The translations under genes and the position numbers were made by a program. A stretch of 64,000 nt of DNA from Minisyncoccota bacterium (GTDB lineage: Bacteria; Patescibacteriota; Minisyncoccia; Minisyncoccales; RBG-13-42-11). Where the stretch lies: NCBI GenBank assembly GCA_028712445.1, contig JAQTPY010000001.1, positions 50,034-114,033 on the forward strand, given 5' to 3'. Positions within the stretch are counted from its first letter, which is position 1; the number at the start of each line of letters is the position of its first letter. The notes under the pieces were generated by a model that was not told the DNA's origin, made no database searches, and worked only from the letters and a program-made list of their open reading frames with translations. Positions 1 to 8,533 of the stretch are shown here, in pieces.

Positions 1-615
1 CATGCCCACGGCGTTCCTCCTGTTTTAAAGGAAATTAACAAAAACATTGTTTTGGAAGACGCCACCTGCCCCTTGGTAAAAAAAACTCAACTGGTCGCAG
101 AATCTCTTTTTAAAGATAAGTATCAGGTGATAATTATAGGAGACAAAGATCACTCTGAAACAAAAGGAATATCAGGATATGCAAGGGGCAAAGCTTTAAT
201 AATCGAAAAATCTTCCGAAGTAGAAAAATTATCATTTTTCAAAAAAATAGGAGTTGTCGCTCAAACTACCCAAAATATTGAGAATGTTAAAGAAGTTTTG
301 GAAAAACTGAAAGAGAAGTCAAAAAAGATAAAATTTATCAATACCTTATGCCCCGAAGTTCAGGCCAGACAAAAAGAACTTGCTTCAATTCTGACCGACA
401 ATGACGGAATATTGGTCATCGGCTCCAGCAAATCAGCCAACACAAAAAGACTGGTTGAAACGGCGGAAAAAAGAAATAAGAAAGTCTTTTTTGCCAACTG
501 TTCCCGAGAATTGAAAAATTTAAATAACGTTAAAAAATTAGGAGTCGTATCCGGGACATCCACACCAGATTGGGTAATAAAAGAGATCAGTCAAACGCTG
601 TTGGATTTAAAATAA
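1..615 (+). CDS. ispH: 4-hydroxy-3-methylbut-2-enyl diphosphate reductase (5' partial)
   Basis: Frame is open from base 1 (HAHGVPP); DATCP, QTT, NTLC, SANT and GTSTPDW match IspH/LytB motifs. Confidence 0.92.
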   Translation, partial: HAHGVPPVLKEINKNIVLEDATCPLVKKTQLVAESLFKDKYQVIIIGDKDHSETKGISGYARGKALIIEKSSEVEKLSFFKKIGVVAQTTQNIENVKEVLEKLKEKSKKIKFINTLCPEVQARQKELASILTDNDGILVIGSSKSANTKRLVETAEKRNKKVFFANCSRELKNLNNVKKLGVVSGTSTPDWVIKEISQTLLDLK

Positions 616-643
616 CCAGTTCTTTTTATGCGCAGGAGGAAAA

Positions 644-934
644 GTGGAAGTAAATAATCTGCCTAAAGAATGGAGAAACCACAGACATGAAGTCACAGGA
701 TTAATCGCCGAAGATTACAAGCGATGGGCCAAGGGAACACCGATTATGGCAGAGGACGACTGTCCTTGCCAAATAAACGTGATCGTTGTAGAAAACGATC
801 ATGTTTGGAGAATAGACAGCCCTGAGATCACCGATATCATATTAAGATCCTTGAGAATCCCGAAAGAGTTAAGGTTGGTAAATTTATTCAACAATCCTCC
901 GGTAGATCTAACCAAAGCTCCATCTTCCAATTAA
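644..934 (+). CDS. hypothetical protein (96 aa)
   Basis: GTG start after AGGAGG; ends in a hairpin; no recognisable motif. Confidence 0.55.
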   Translation: MEVNNLPKEWRNHRHEVTGLIAEDYKRWAKGTPIMAEDDCPCQINVIVVENDHVWRIDSPEITDIILRSLRIPKELRLVNLFNNPPVDLTKAPSSN

Positions 935-948
935 GATGGAGCTTTTTT
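914..948. terminator. bidirectional intrinsic terminator
   Basis: aaagctccatctt-ccaatt-aagatggagcttt(ttt) between convergent genes. Confidence 0.75.
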
Positions 949-952
949 ATAA

Positions 953-2200
953 CTAAAATAAGGTTTTTTGTTTGGGCTTATTTGGAACAATGCCTTTCGA
1001 AAAAATACTTATCTTCCCGTACACTCCGTCGTATCCTGGCTCTTTCTGAACCTTGCCCTCACGCACCCTTATAATTCCTTCTGTAATTTCAGGCAAAGTG
1101 GCCGCTGCCAGATCCTGCTCAGTAACATTCAATAAAATATTGAATTCCGATCCCAATTTCTCAATTAAATTATTGTGCTGCTTTAATACTTCTTTGGTTC
1201 CGATATTTTGAGCCAAAGCATCAGCCACTATTTCCTCTAAAGGCACCAAACTTCTGAAAGGAATGGCGCCTTCGGGAATAAATCCTTCTTTCTTATCGGA
1301 CAGTTTTTCCGCCCTGTTTAAAACCCCCACGGTTAACGGTTTTCCGCAGACAGGACAAGTGCCTCCGTATTTTTCTGTTTCTTGAGGTGAAAGTCTCACC
1401 TCACAATTCCTATGTCCGTCGAAATGGTATTTTCCTTCTTCGGGATAAAATTCAATTGTATAAAGAAATTTCTTTGGGTCCTTTGTTTTTATTGCCTCTA
1501 TAATTGAAGAGTAACTGACCTCTGTATCAAAAACATTGGCCTCCCTCCCTATTTTCCTGGGAGAATGAGCGTCGCTATTTGAAATTAAAGCCAATCTTCT
1601 GCCATCAGGTATTCTCCAAAGCGTCAAAGGGTCTGCGCTTAAACCAGTTTCAAGGGCATAAATATATTCTGCATATTCCCCGAAACACTCTTTAACCGAA
1701 GTGAATCCTGATTTTGACCCGAAAATCCCGAACCAGGGAGTCATGCAGTGGGCGGGTATCGCCATGCAATCCTGAGAAGAATCAAAAATAATCTTTGCCA
1801 GATCTTTTGCCCCGAGTCCCAAAATCGGCCTTCCATCAGCTTTCAGGTTTCCAATTTCAGCCAGACGACCATTTATCTTATCTACAACATCAAAGGAAGG
1901 CGCAAGAACTATTATATGAATCTTGCGCACTCTGTTGTCCTGAGAATATATGCAGCTTATTTCAGAAGTTAAGATAAAACGCGTTCCTTTTTCTTCTTTT
2001 TTCAGCTTAAACAGTCCTTCCTCTGCCGGAACCAAATTATTTTTCAAATAATCCAGCCATTGGGGATGAGTAAAATCCCCTGTTCCCATAACATTGACCC
2101 CTTTTATTCTGGCCCCCTCATCCAAGCCCTTCAGATCCATGTTTTTGGAAGTGGCTCTGGAATATTTTGAATGAATGTGAAAATCAGCAATAAATTTCAT
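953..2200 (-). CDS. PHP-domain endonuclease Q family protein
   Basis: DFHIHSKYS, GTGDFTHP, PAH, NSDAHS, GKYHFDGHRNC, CPVC..TVGV, GYDGVYG. Confidence 0.85.
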   Translation of the reverse strand: MKFIADFHIHSKYSRATSKNMDLKGLDEGARIKGVNVMGTGDFTHPQWLDYLKNNLVPAEEGLFKLKKEEKGTRFILTSEISCIYSQDNRVRKIHIIVLAPSFDVVDKINGRLAEIGNLKADGRPILGLGAKDLAKIIFDSSQDCMAIPAHCMTPWFGIFGSKSGFTSVKECFGEYAEYIYALETGLSADPLTLWRIPDGRRLALISNSDAHSPRKIGREANVFDTEVSYSSIIEAIKTKDPKKFLYTIEFYPEEGKYHFDGHRNCEVRLSPQETEKYGGTCPVCGKPLTVGVLNRAEKLSDKKEGFIPEGAIPFRSLVPLEEIVADALAQNIGTKEVLKQHNNLIEKLGSEFNILLNVTEQDLAAATLPEITEGIIRVREGKVQKEPGYDGVYGKISIFSKGIVPNKPKQKTLF

Positions 2201-3336
2201 CAGAATAATTGAAAAATAGCGCCGAAAATAAAGAGAGCCATTAAAAAATAAGGGACAATCTTGGGAACGTTTATGCTATATTCCGGTTTGCGGTTTCCCA
2301 AAGTCTTGGATTTCATATAAAGCAATATGATAATTACTCCTTCAACTGCCCCGATAATGGAACCTAAAAACCCGATGACTTCCACAAATTGGCGAAATCC
2401 GGCCAAAAATAGAATCATGGGGACACCGATCACCAGAAAATTTGAAATTGTGGGCGATAGTTTGTAGTCGCAAACGCAGGTATTCCTTAAATAGAGAGCT
2501 ATTATCAAAAAGGAATCAGATATGGTGATAAAAGAAGCAAGGGCTCCCAAAAAGATTATTTGGGGGCCCAAAAAAGCAGCCAATCCCCCAAAAACGTCTT
2601 CAGAAGTGCTTTTCCCGCTTATCCCAAAAACCAAAAAGGAAAAAAGAAGGCAGAAAGGAATAATTATCAGAAAAGACGAAGTAATCACTTTCTTTAAAGA
2701 CTTTTTCTCTTCTCCTGTTTTCAATAAAGTTTTTATCTCCGGCAAGGCGCTCATCCCTGCTAAGGAAAAAAGAATTACACCGTAAGGAAGAAGCGAGTTT
2801 GAAAAATTTATCATCTCAAAATTATCGAAACTTATCTTTGGAGCTCCGAAAATGAAAATTGCAATGATAATTATAAAAAAAAGCGAATTAGTCAGGATTT
2901 CAACGGGAGCTATTAATTTTATTCCCTTCAAAATAAGTGGTGAAAAAATCAGCCAAAAAATCAAAGTGCCATAGAAGGGGCTCAAAGGAAAAATATTAGA
3001 TAAAAGAATGCTTAGAAAATCACCCCCCAAAATGATATACACCAAAAGAGATCCTCCGAGCCCTATTATGACCGAGAATGAAACTAAAACGCTTGATTTC
3101 CTGCCAAGATATTTTCTTGTCAGCCCGACCAGACGATAATCTTCTTTGGTTCTCAGCAAAACCTCTCCGAAAAAAAGATGTATTAGAACCATTGCTCCTC
3201 CTAAGATGAAAAAATAAAAAATAACGGGAGCTATCCCGCTTTTTGCAGCAATGTAAGGGAGACCAAAAATTCCAGCCCCAACTGTGGTTCCGATAAAAAC
3301 AAAAAGGGCGAACCAAAAATTCCTATTGAAAAGCAT
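2200..3336 (-). CDS. aromatic amino acid permease family transporter
   Basis: GTTVGAGIFGLPY motif; about 11 TM segments. Confidence 0.8.
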   Translation of the reverse strand: MLFNRNFWFALFVFIGTTVGAGIFGLPYIAAKSGIAPVIFYFFILGGAMVLIHLFFGEVLLRTKEDYRLVGLTRKYLGRKSSVLVSFSVIIGLGGSLLVYIILGGDFLSILLSNIFPLSPFYGTLIFWLIFSPLILKGIKLIAPVEILTNSLFFIIIIAIFIFGAPKISFDNFEMINFSNSLLPYGVILFSLAGMSALPEIKTLLKTGEEKKSLKKVITSSFLIIIPFCLLFSFLVFGISGKSTSEDVFGGLAAFLGPQIIFLGALASFITISDSFLIIALYLRNTCVCDYKLSPTISNFLVIGVPMILFLAGFRQFVEVIGFLGSIIGAVEGVIIILLYMKSKTLGNRKPEYSINVPKIVPYFLMALFIFGAIFQLF

Positions 3337-3345
3337 AATTTATTC

Positions 3346-3756
3346 TTACTTCACTAAATAAACTTTGTATCCGTCCCTCACTCTTTCTTTTATTCTCAAA
3401 CCCACTTCTCCTCCCTTCTTGACCACCTTGACCTTCTCGTGATCGATTTCCATTGAATCCACTTTTTGAGAAAAATCCGTGTTTTCTCCTCCCACCACTC
3501 TGATATTGTCTCCGACTTTCAATGTGCCAGAAACTCCGATCACAGCCACCTTGATGTTGTCAAAATAATGGATGATTTTTCCTATTAACTTTCCCTCGGG
3601 CGTAGCCCTACGGGCGAGCCCTTTTTTTTCTTTTTTTACCGTTTTTTTAACAACAATGGCCTTCTTCGGTGTTTTTTTTACCGAAGCTTTCTTCACCGGT
3701 TTCTTTTTTGGACGAACTGCAGTCTTTTTCTTTTTTGCAATTTTCTTTGTTGGCAT
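3346..3756 (-). CDS. translation-factor-like beta-barrel protein with Lys-rich N-terminus
   Basis: IGKIIHYFDNIKVA..LKVGD.I..Q.VDSMEIDH..GxEVG. Confidence 0.7.
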   Translation of the reverse strand: MPTKKIAKKKKTAVRPKKKPVKKASVKKTPKKAIVVKKTVKKEKKGLARRATPEGKLIGKIIHYFDNIKVAVIGVSGTLKVGDNIRVVGGENTDFSQKVDSMEIDHEKVKVVKKGGEVGLRIKERVRDGYKVYLVK

Positions 3757-3774
3757 AATTTTGTTAATTTAATT

Positions 3775-4335
3775 TTACAAACGACCTTTTTCTTTCTTCA
3801 TTAATTCAATTAAATTCTTTACCAGAACCCTGGGAGACTCACTGTAAATAATATTCATCTTTCCCCTAAAGGGACGTTTTATTATCGTCCTTATTTCGTC
3901 AGCAAGACCACCAGTTCCCTCCAAAACTCCTATTGGCTTTTCGTCTTCAAAAGCAATCGTGAATTCATTCAGGGTTCCCATTCTGCCTGAAACAACAATA
4001 ATTGCGTCCGCTGCTCTGGTCATTAAAAGATTCCTTCCCGCATAGCCAAAACCCGTATAGACGATCATGTCAAAAGCATCAATGGGCAATCTGTAGGTTT
4101 TAACATGAGAAAGAGCGGATGAGGCCGGAGAAAAACCGATAGAAATGCCTCCTGCCTCTTTGGCCCCATGGGCCGCATAATGAGGAGTTCCTGTGGTTGC
4201 TCCTGTCACCAAGACGCATCCTTGTTTGGCTATTTCTTTCCCCACTTCCTTTGCTAACTCAATCGCTCTTTTTGAGCAGAAGTTTTCGTCAGCTGCCCCG
4301 GTCACCGCAATTTTGAATTTTTCTTTGTATATCAT
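3775..4335 (-). CDS. LOG family (TIGR00725-like) protein
   Basis: GxEIA..LVTGA..G; RN.LM; GRMGTLNEF. Confidence 0.85.
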   Translation of the reverse strand: MIYKEKFKIAVTGAADENFCSKRAIELAKEVGKEIAKQGCVLVTGATTGTPHYAAHGAKEAGGISIGFSPASSALSHVKTYRLPIDAFDMIVYTGFGYAGRNLLMTRAADAIIVVSGRMGTLNEFTIAFEDEKPIGVLEGTGGLADEIRTIIKRPFRGKMNIIYSESPRVLVKNLIELMKKEKGRL

Positions 4336-4365
4336 GTTTTAAATTATTTTATCACACCGGATGAA

Positions 4366-4399
4366 ATCAAAAAAGAGCAACTAAATGCTCTTTTTTGAT
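4366..4399. terminator. hairpin terminator
   Basis: atcaaaaaagagca-actaaa-tgctcttttttgat, perfect 14-bp inverted repeat. Confidence 0.75.
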
Positions 4400-4526
4400 G
4401 AGGGGGGATAATCCCCGATAAAATTGACCGATTTCCCGAGTCTAGTTGGACTGACCAGGCAGCTGCTTTTTGGTCTCCTTCACCAAAGACTATTTGTCCT
4501 TTTGGGCATATAAACCCGCACCCCTC
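4400..4526 (-). ncRNA. candidate structured ncRNA (6S-like rod or regulatory leader)
   Basis: 5' GAGGGG pairs with 3' CCCCUC; nested AGUCU/AGACU, UUGG/CCAA and GACCA/UGGUC stems; promoter upstream, terminator downstream. Confidence 0.55.
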
Positions 4527-4533
4527 GTTAATA

Positions 4534-4562
4534 AGTTTAAGCCAACAATATTCTTATGTCAA
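4534..4562 (-). promoter_or_regulatory. sigma70 promoter
   Basis: TTGACA-17 nt-TAAACT; 7 nt separate the -10 box from the structured element. Confidence 0.7.
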
Positions 4563-4572
4563 ATGAAGATTT

Positions 4573-4646
4573 TGTGGATTGGATTTTTCCCCTTATTTAT
4601 TCGGGAAATGCACAGGAAAGAACAGTTTTTTCACAATTTTTCCACA
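4573..4646. promoter_or_regulatory. cluster of degenerate DnaA-box-like 9-mers
   Basis: tgtggattg 4573, aaatgcaca 4606, tttttcaca 4627, ttttccaca 4638. Confidence 0.4.
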
Positions 4647-4707
4647 AACTTTACGGATTCTAAACAGTTTCTGCATCCAACCTCGTAAGTCGATAGTTTA
4701 AAAACAC

Positions 4708-4974
4708 TTATCTAATCTTTGATAAAATCCATTTTTGACATTTGTTTGCCCAAATAATAGACATTTCAACTTTGGCTAATTCAACGCCTTTTCCGATAAT
4801 CTTTAACTTCCCTTTGCCCAATCCTACGGTATCTATTGTAACAGTGTCGATGTCAACAATACATATTTTAAAAGTTTTACCGTAAGGATGAGAGAAATTT
4901 AAAAAACCATCTTTAATAAATAACTTTCCTCCAACGCCAAGAAAACCAATGCTTAATTTTTGATCATTTGCCAT
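4708..4974 (-). CDS. hypothetical protein (88 aa, possibly PH-like beta fold)
   Basis: ATG-started ORF just downstream of tRNA-Arg; no firm motif. Confidence 0.55.
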   Translation of the reverse strand: MANDQKLSIGFLGVGGKLFIKDGFLNFSHPYGKTFKICIVDIDTVTIDTVGLGKGKLKIIGKGVELAKVEMSIIWANKCQKWILSKIR

Positions 4975-5034
4975 GTTGTATGATTTTAATAATAGCCTAC
5001 AGTATTTATTTATATATAATATTAAAGATTACTG

Positions 5035-5106
5035 TGCCCCTGCTGAGAATCGAACTCGGATTTCAGCCTTCGGAGGGCTGCGCTTTATCCGTTAAGCTAC
5101 AGGGGC
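5035..5106 (-). tRNA. tRNA-Arg(CCG)
   Basis: GCCCCTG/CAGGGGC acceptor stem; anticodon arm cagcc-ctCCGaa-ggctg; TTCGA T-loop; no encoded CCA. Confidence 0.93.
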
Positions 5107-5112
5107 CCCTAC

Positions 5113-5826
5113 TTACAGACGGGCAGGCTTTTCTGCGATAATATAAATGTTGGTTCGGGGGTCCTCTCCTCCTCTCCAACTCTTTTTTATCATAAATCCC
5201 GCCTTTTTAATCAAATTCTCTATCTCTTTTTTAGTGAAGCAATGGAAATAACGGTTGATCAGAATTTTCCCTTGCGAATCTTTCCAGGGAACAAAAACAT
5301 CTTTAAAATCCAATTTGGACTTTCCCAAAATCTTTAAAAAAGAATATCTTATAAATAGAGGAAGAAAATCTTTTCTTTTCCAAAAGTCCCAGACTCTCAA
5401 AAAAAGCACTCCTCCCGGCTTTAATACCCGCTTTGACTCCAAAAGATAATGCAGTTGATATTCGCAAGAAGGAATGTTATGAATAACGGATATGCTTAAT
5501 ATCTTGTCAAAAAAATTATCTTCAAAAGGCAGATCCAGGGTATTGGCTGTCTGAAACTTCCCTTTAGGATAATTTTTTAGAGCAATCTTTATCAGCTTCT
5601 CAGAAATGTCCACACCATAATAATCAACTCCTTTGTCTTTCAAAATATTATACAGTCTTCCTGAGGCGCATCCTGAATCCAAAACTCTGTCCCCCTTTTG
5701 GGCGTATCCTGTTAAAGATTTAATGTCTTCCGGAATAAAAGCCCTTGTTCTGGTGTAGCTTTCTGCCGTCAGATTGTAATTTTTCCTCGTATCTTCCAAT
5801 AGATATTTAGCGTAATTTCTATCCAT
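5113..5826 (-). CDS. class I SAM-dependent methyltransferase, Trm9/ALKBH8-like
   Basis: VLDSGCASG motif I; SISVIHNI; RVLKPGG..VW; DVFVPWK; RYFHCF..E. Confidence 0.8.
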   Translation of the reverse strand: MDRNYAKYLLEDTRKNYNLTAESYTRTRAFIPEDIKSLTGYAQKGDRVLDSGCASGRLYNILKDKGVDYYGVDISEKLIKIALKNYPKGKFQTANTLDLPFEDNFFDKILSISVIHNIPSCEYQLHYLLESKRVLKPGGVLFLRVWDFWKRKDFLPLFIRYSFLKILGKSKLDFKDVFVPWKDSQGKILINRYFHCFTKKEIENLIKKAGFMIKKSWRGGEDPRTNIYIIAEKPARL

Positions 5827-7384
5827 GGATATTTCAGAATCAATAATTCAAGAATTAATCATGTCCAGAGCAAAGACTTTGGACGGTTTGGCTCGGGCAA
5901 AAAGGAAAATGGCAAGAAAAAACAAAATATCCCTGCCAACCAATATTTCCTTACTTAAAAGGTATCACGAATTGATTAAAAAGGAAAAAATAAAAAAATC
6001 GAACACCCTTGAATTACTTTTAAGAACAAGGCCTATCCGATCCCTTTCAGGCATCGTCAATGTTTCTGTTTTGACCAAACCTTACCCTTGTCCGGGAAAT
6101 TGTCTTTATTGCCCACAGGAGTTGGAAATTCCCAAAAGCTATGTTTCCGGCGAGCCTGCCGTAGAAAGAGCAAAAAAACTGGGTTTTAACCCTTTTCTGC
6201 AGGTTAAAAAAAGAATTGAAATGCTGAAAGCAGAAGGGCACCCCACAGATAAAATAGAGTTAAGGATTGTCGGAGGCACATGGAGTTATTATCCCAAAAA
6301 ATACCAGGAATGGTTCGTTAAGCGTTGTTTTGAAGCCTGCAATTCCAAAAAATCAAAAGCACGGAGGTCTGACCTCCGATCATTTCAAAAACAGAACGAA
6401 AAAGCTGAACACAGAATTGTCGGCTTATCTGTTGAAACCAGGCCTGATTTTATTAATAAAAAAGAAATAGATCATTTAAGAAAACTGGGAGCAACTTTAG
6501 TAGAGCTGGGAGTCCAGTCAATCTATGATGATGTTCTGTCTTTAAATAAACGGGGGCACGGGGTGAAGGAAACCATCGAAGCCACCAAACTCTTAAAAGA
6601 TGCCGGTTTTAAGGTCCTCTATCAAATAATGCCCAACCTTCCCGGTTCAAATTTAAAAAAAGACGAAGCAATGTTCAAAGAACTGTTCTCAAACCCTGAC
6701 TTCCAGCCAGATCTACTCAAGATATATCCCTGCGCCCTCTTAAAAGAAGCTCCTTTATACAAATTCTGGAGAGAAGGCAAATACATGCCTTATTCTGAAA
6801 AAGAACTTACCGAACTGCTAAAGAAGATAAAGAAAAACATTCCCTGCTACGTTAGAATTCAGAGAATTACAAGAGACATTCCCTCTCACTTGATCGTAGC
6901 AGGGCCTGCCAGAATCTCTAACTTAAGGCAAGTCTTAATAGCAAGCATGAAAAAAGAAAATTGGTCGTGCAAATGCATAAGATGCAGGGAAATCAAAGGC
7001 GAATACGATCACAAAGAAAGGGTTTTTTTCTTGCGCCAAGATTATCAGGCCTCGCAGGGCAGGGAGATATTTTTAAGTTTTGAGAACAAAAATAGGACAA
7101 AAATTTACAGCCTCCTGCGTTTAAGAAAAACTTCTGGCAGCAAAGCGTTTATCAGAGAGGTTCATACTTACGGCCAACTAATTCCTTTAAGAAAGGACTT
7201 TGATTTATCATCCTCTCCTCAGCACAGAGGATTTGGCAAAAAACTCATTAAAGAAGCTGAAAAAATAGCAAAAAAGGAATTTAAGGCAAAAGAATTAAGC
7301 GTTATTTCCGGAGCAGGAGTGAGGGGATATTACAGAAAACTCGGATATAAGCTGAGAGATACGTACATGGTCAAAAAGATTTAA
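5825..7384 (+). CDS. elp3: Elp3 tRNA uridine(34) carboxymethylating radical SAM/GNAT enzyme
   Basis: RSLSG, CPGNCLYCP, PKSY, GGTW, ETRPD, ELGVQS, KIYP, RIQR.RDIP, CIRCRE, REVHTYG, QHRGFG, SGAGVRGYY. Confidence 0.93.
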   Translation: MDISESIIQELIMSRAKTLDGLARAKRKMARKNKISLPTNISLLKRYHELIKKEKIKKSNTLELLLRTRPIRSLSGIVNVSVLTKPYPCPGNCLYCPQELEIPKSYVSGEPAVERAKKLGFNPFLQVKKRIEMLKAEGHPTDKIELRIVGGTWSYYPKKYQEWFVKRCFEACNSKKSKARRSDLRSFQKQNEKAEHRIVGLSVETRPDFINKKEIDHLRKLGATLVELGVQSIYDDVLSLNKRGHGVKETIEATKLLKDAGFKVLYQIMPNLPGSNLKKDEAMFKELFSNPDFQPDLLKIYPCALLKEAPLYKFWREGKYMPYSEKELTELLKKIKKNIPCYVRIQRITRDIPSHLIVAGPARISNLRQVLIASMKKENWSCKCIRCREIKGEYDHKERVFFLRQDYQASQGREIFLSFENKNRTKIYSLLRLRKTSGSKAFIREVHTYGQLIPLRKDFDLSSSPQHRGFGKKLIKEAEKIAKKEFKAKELSVISGAGVRGYYRKLGYKLRDTYMVKKI

Positions 7385-7940
7385 TCTTTTTTGCCAGTTT
7401 TCTGAAATCTTTTCTAAGAATTTCTTTGAATTTAACAAATCTCAATCCGGCTGAAGGATGAAAAGTAATAAAAAATTTCTGCTCTCCCCATTCTTTATTC
7501 AGGGTCAAAAACTCTCCCCGGCTCCTGGAAAGCGATTTTCCTTCGTTAACTATCGTGTCGAAGGCAAACCTGCCCAAAACAACTATTATTTTGGGCCTAA
7601 CAATCTCAATCTGCTTTCTCCACCAAATCTCGCAAGCTTTAATCTCGCATTTCTTGGGCTGCCTGTTGTTTGGAGGCCTGTGCTTTAAGATGGAAGTAAT
7701 GAAAACCTTATCCCTGTTAACTCCGTTTTCTTCCAGCAACTGAGTCAGCAATTTCCCCGACCTTCCAACAAACGGCTTTCCTGTTAAGCTTTCCTCTCGA
7801 CCTGGCGCTTCTCCAAAAAACATAACCTTGGCATTAGCAGGCCCTTCGCCGGGTACGGCATTTTTAGCTCCTTTCCAAAGAGGACATCTTCTGCAATTTT
7901 TAATCTCATTGTCTAATTTTTCAATTCTGCTTTTAACCAT
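7371..7940 (-). CDS. uracil-DNA glycosylase family 4
   Basis: CxxCPL, GEAPG.EE..G.PFVGRSG, RPPNNR, HPSA. Confidence 0.92.
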   Translation of the reverse strand: MVKSRIEKLDNEIKNCRRCPLWKGAKNAVPGEGPANAKVMFFGEAPGREESLTGKPFVGRSGKLLTQLLEENGVNRDKVFITSILKHRPPNNRQPKKCEIKACEIWWRKQIEIVRPKIIVVLGRFAFDTIVNEGKSLSRSRGEFLTLNKEWGEQKFFITFHPSAGLRFVKFKEILRKDFRKLAKKIKSF

Positions 7941-8533
7941 CTGTATTTTTTAAATTGATCTTTTTTAAAAGAAAACTTAAACCCCTCTCTCTTTAAAATC
8001 TCTCCTATTTCCTTTTTCTGTAAAGGATCAAACTCCATAAAAATCACTCCTCCTTTCTTTAAATGCTTCCTTGCTTGAGGAACAAACTTCCTTATACAGT
8101 CCATGCCTTCCTTGCCGGAAAACAAAGCCAAATGCGGATCTTTTTTTAAAACTTCCTTCTGAACTTCCTTTATCCTATTTTGAGCCACGTAAGGAGGATT
8201 GGCAAAAATATAGTCATATTTTAAATTATTCGTTTTTTTAAAAAGATCCGACTGAAGAACTCTGTATCTTTTTTTGTCGATTTTATTTTTCTTTAAGTTT
8301 TCTTTGATCTGCAGAATTGCCTCCCTGCTGATATCTATAAAATCCGCTTGGGATTTTTTAAATGATTTTAAAATGGATATCCCCATGCATCCTGTCCCTG
8401 AAAAGATATCAAGAAATTTAAACTTTTTATCTTTTTTGATTTCCCTTAAAGCTCTCTCAACCCAAAATTCAGTCTCTATTCTTGGAGAAAAAACTTTTTG
8501 AGTAATAGATATTCTGCAGTTCAGAAACTTCAT
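7913..8533 (-). CDS. prmC: HemK/PrmC family methyltransferase (short N-terminus)
   Basis: PRIETE, LDIFSGTG, NPPY, LALFSGKEG; ATG at 8533 overlaps the upstream stop (ATGA). Confidence 0.8.
   Translation of the reverse strand: MKFLNCRISITQKVFSPRIETEFWVERALREIKKDKKFKFLDIFSGTGCMGISILKSFKKSQADFIDISREAILQIKENLKKNKIDKKRYRVLQSDLFKKTNNLKYDYIFANPPYVAQNRIKEVQKEVLKKDPHLALFSGKEGMDCIRKFVPQARKHLKKGGVIFMEFDPLQKKEIGEILKREGFKFSFKKDQFKKYRWLKAELKN

Noticed and set aside
4470-4688. 72-aa ORF on the + strand
   Set aside because: TTG start, no motif, and it overlaps the promoter, structured RNA and DnaA-box-like sites, which explain the region better
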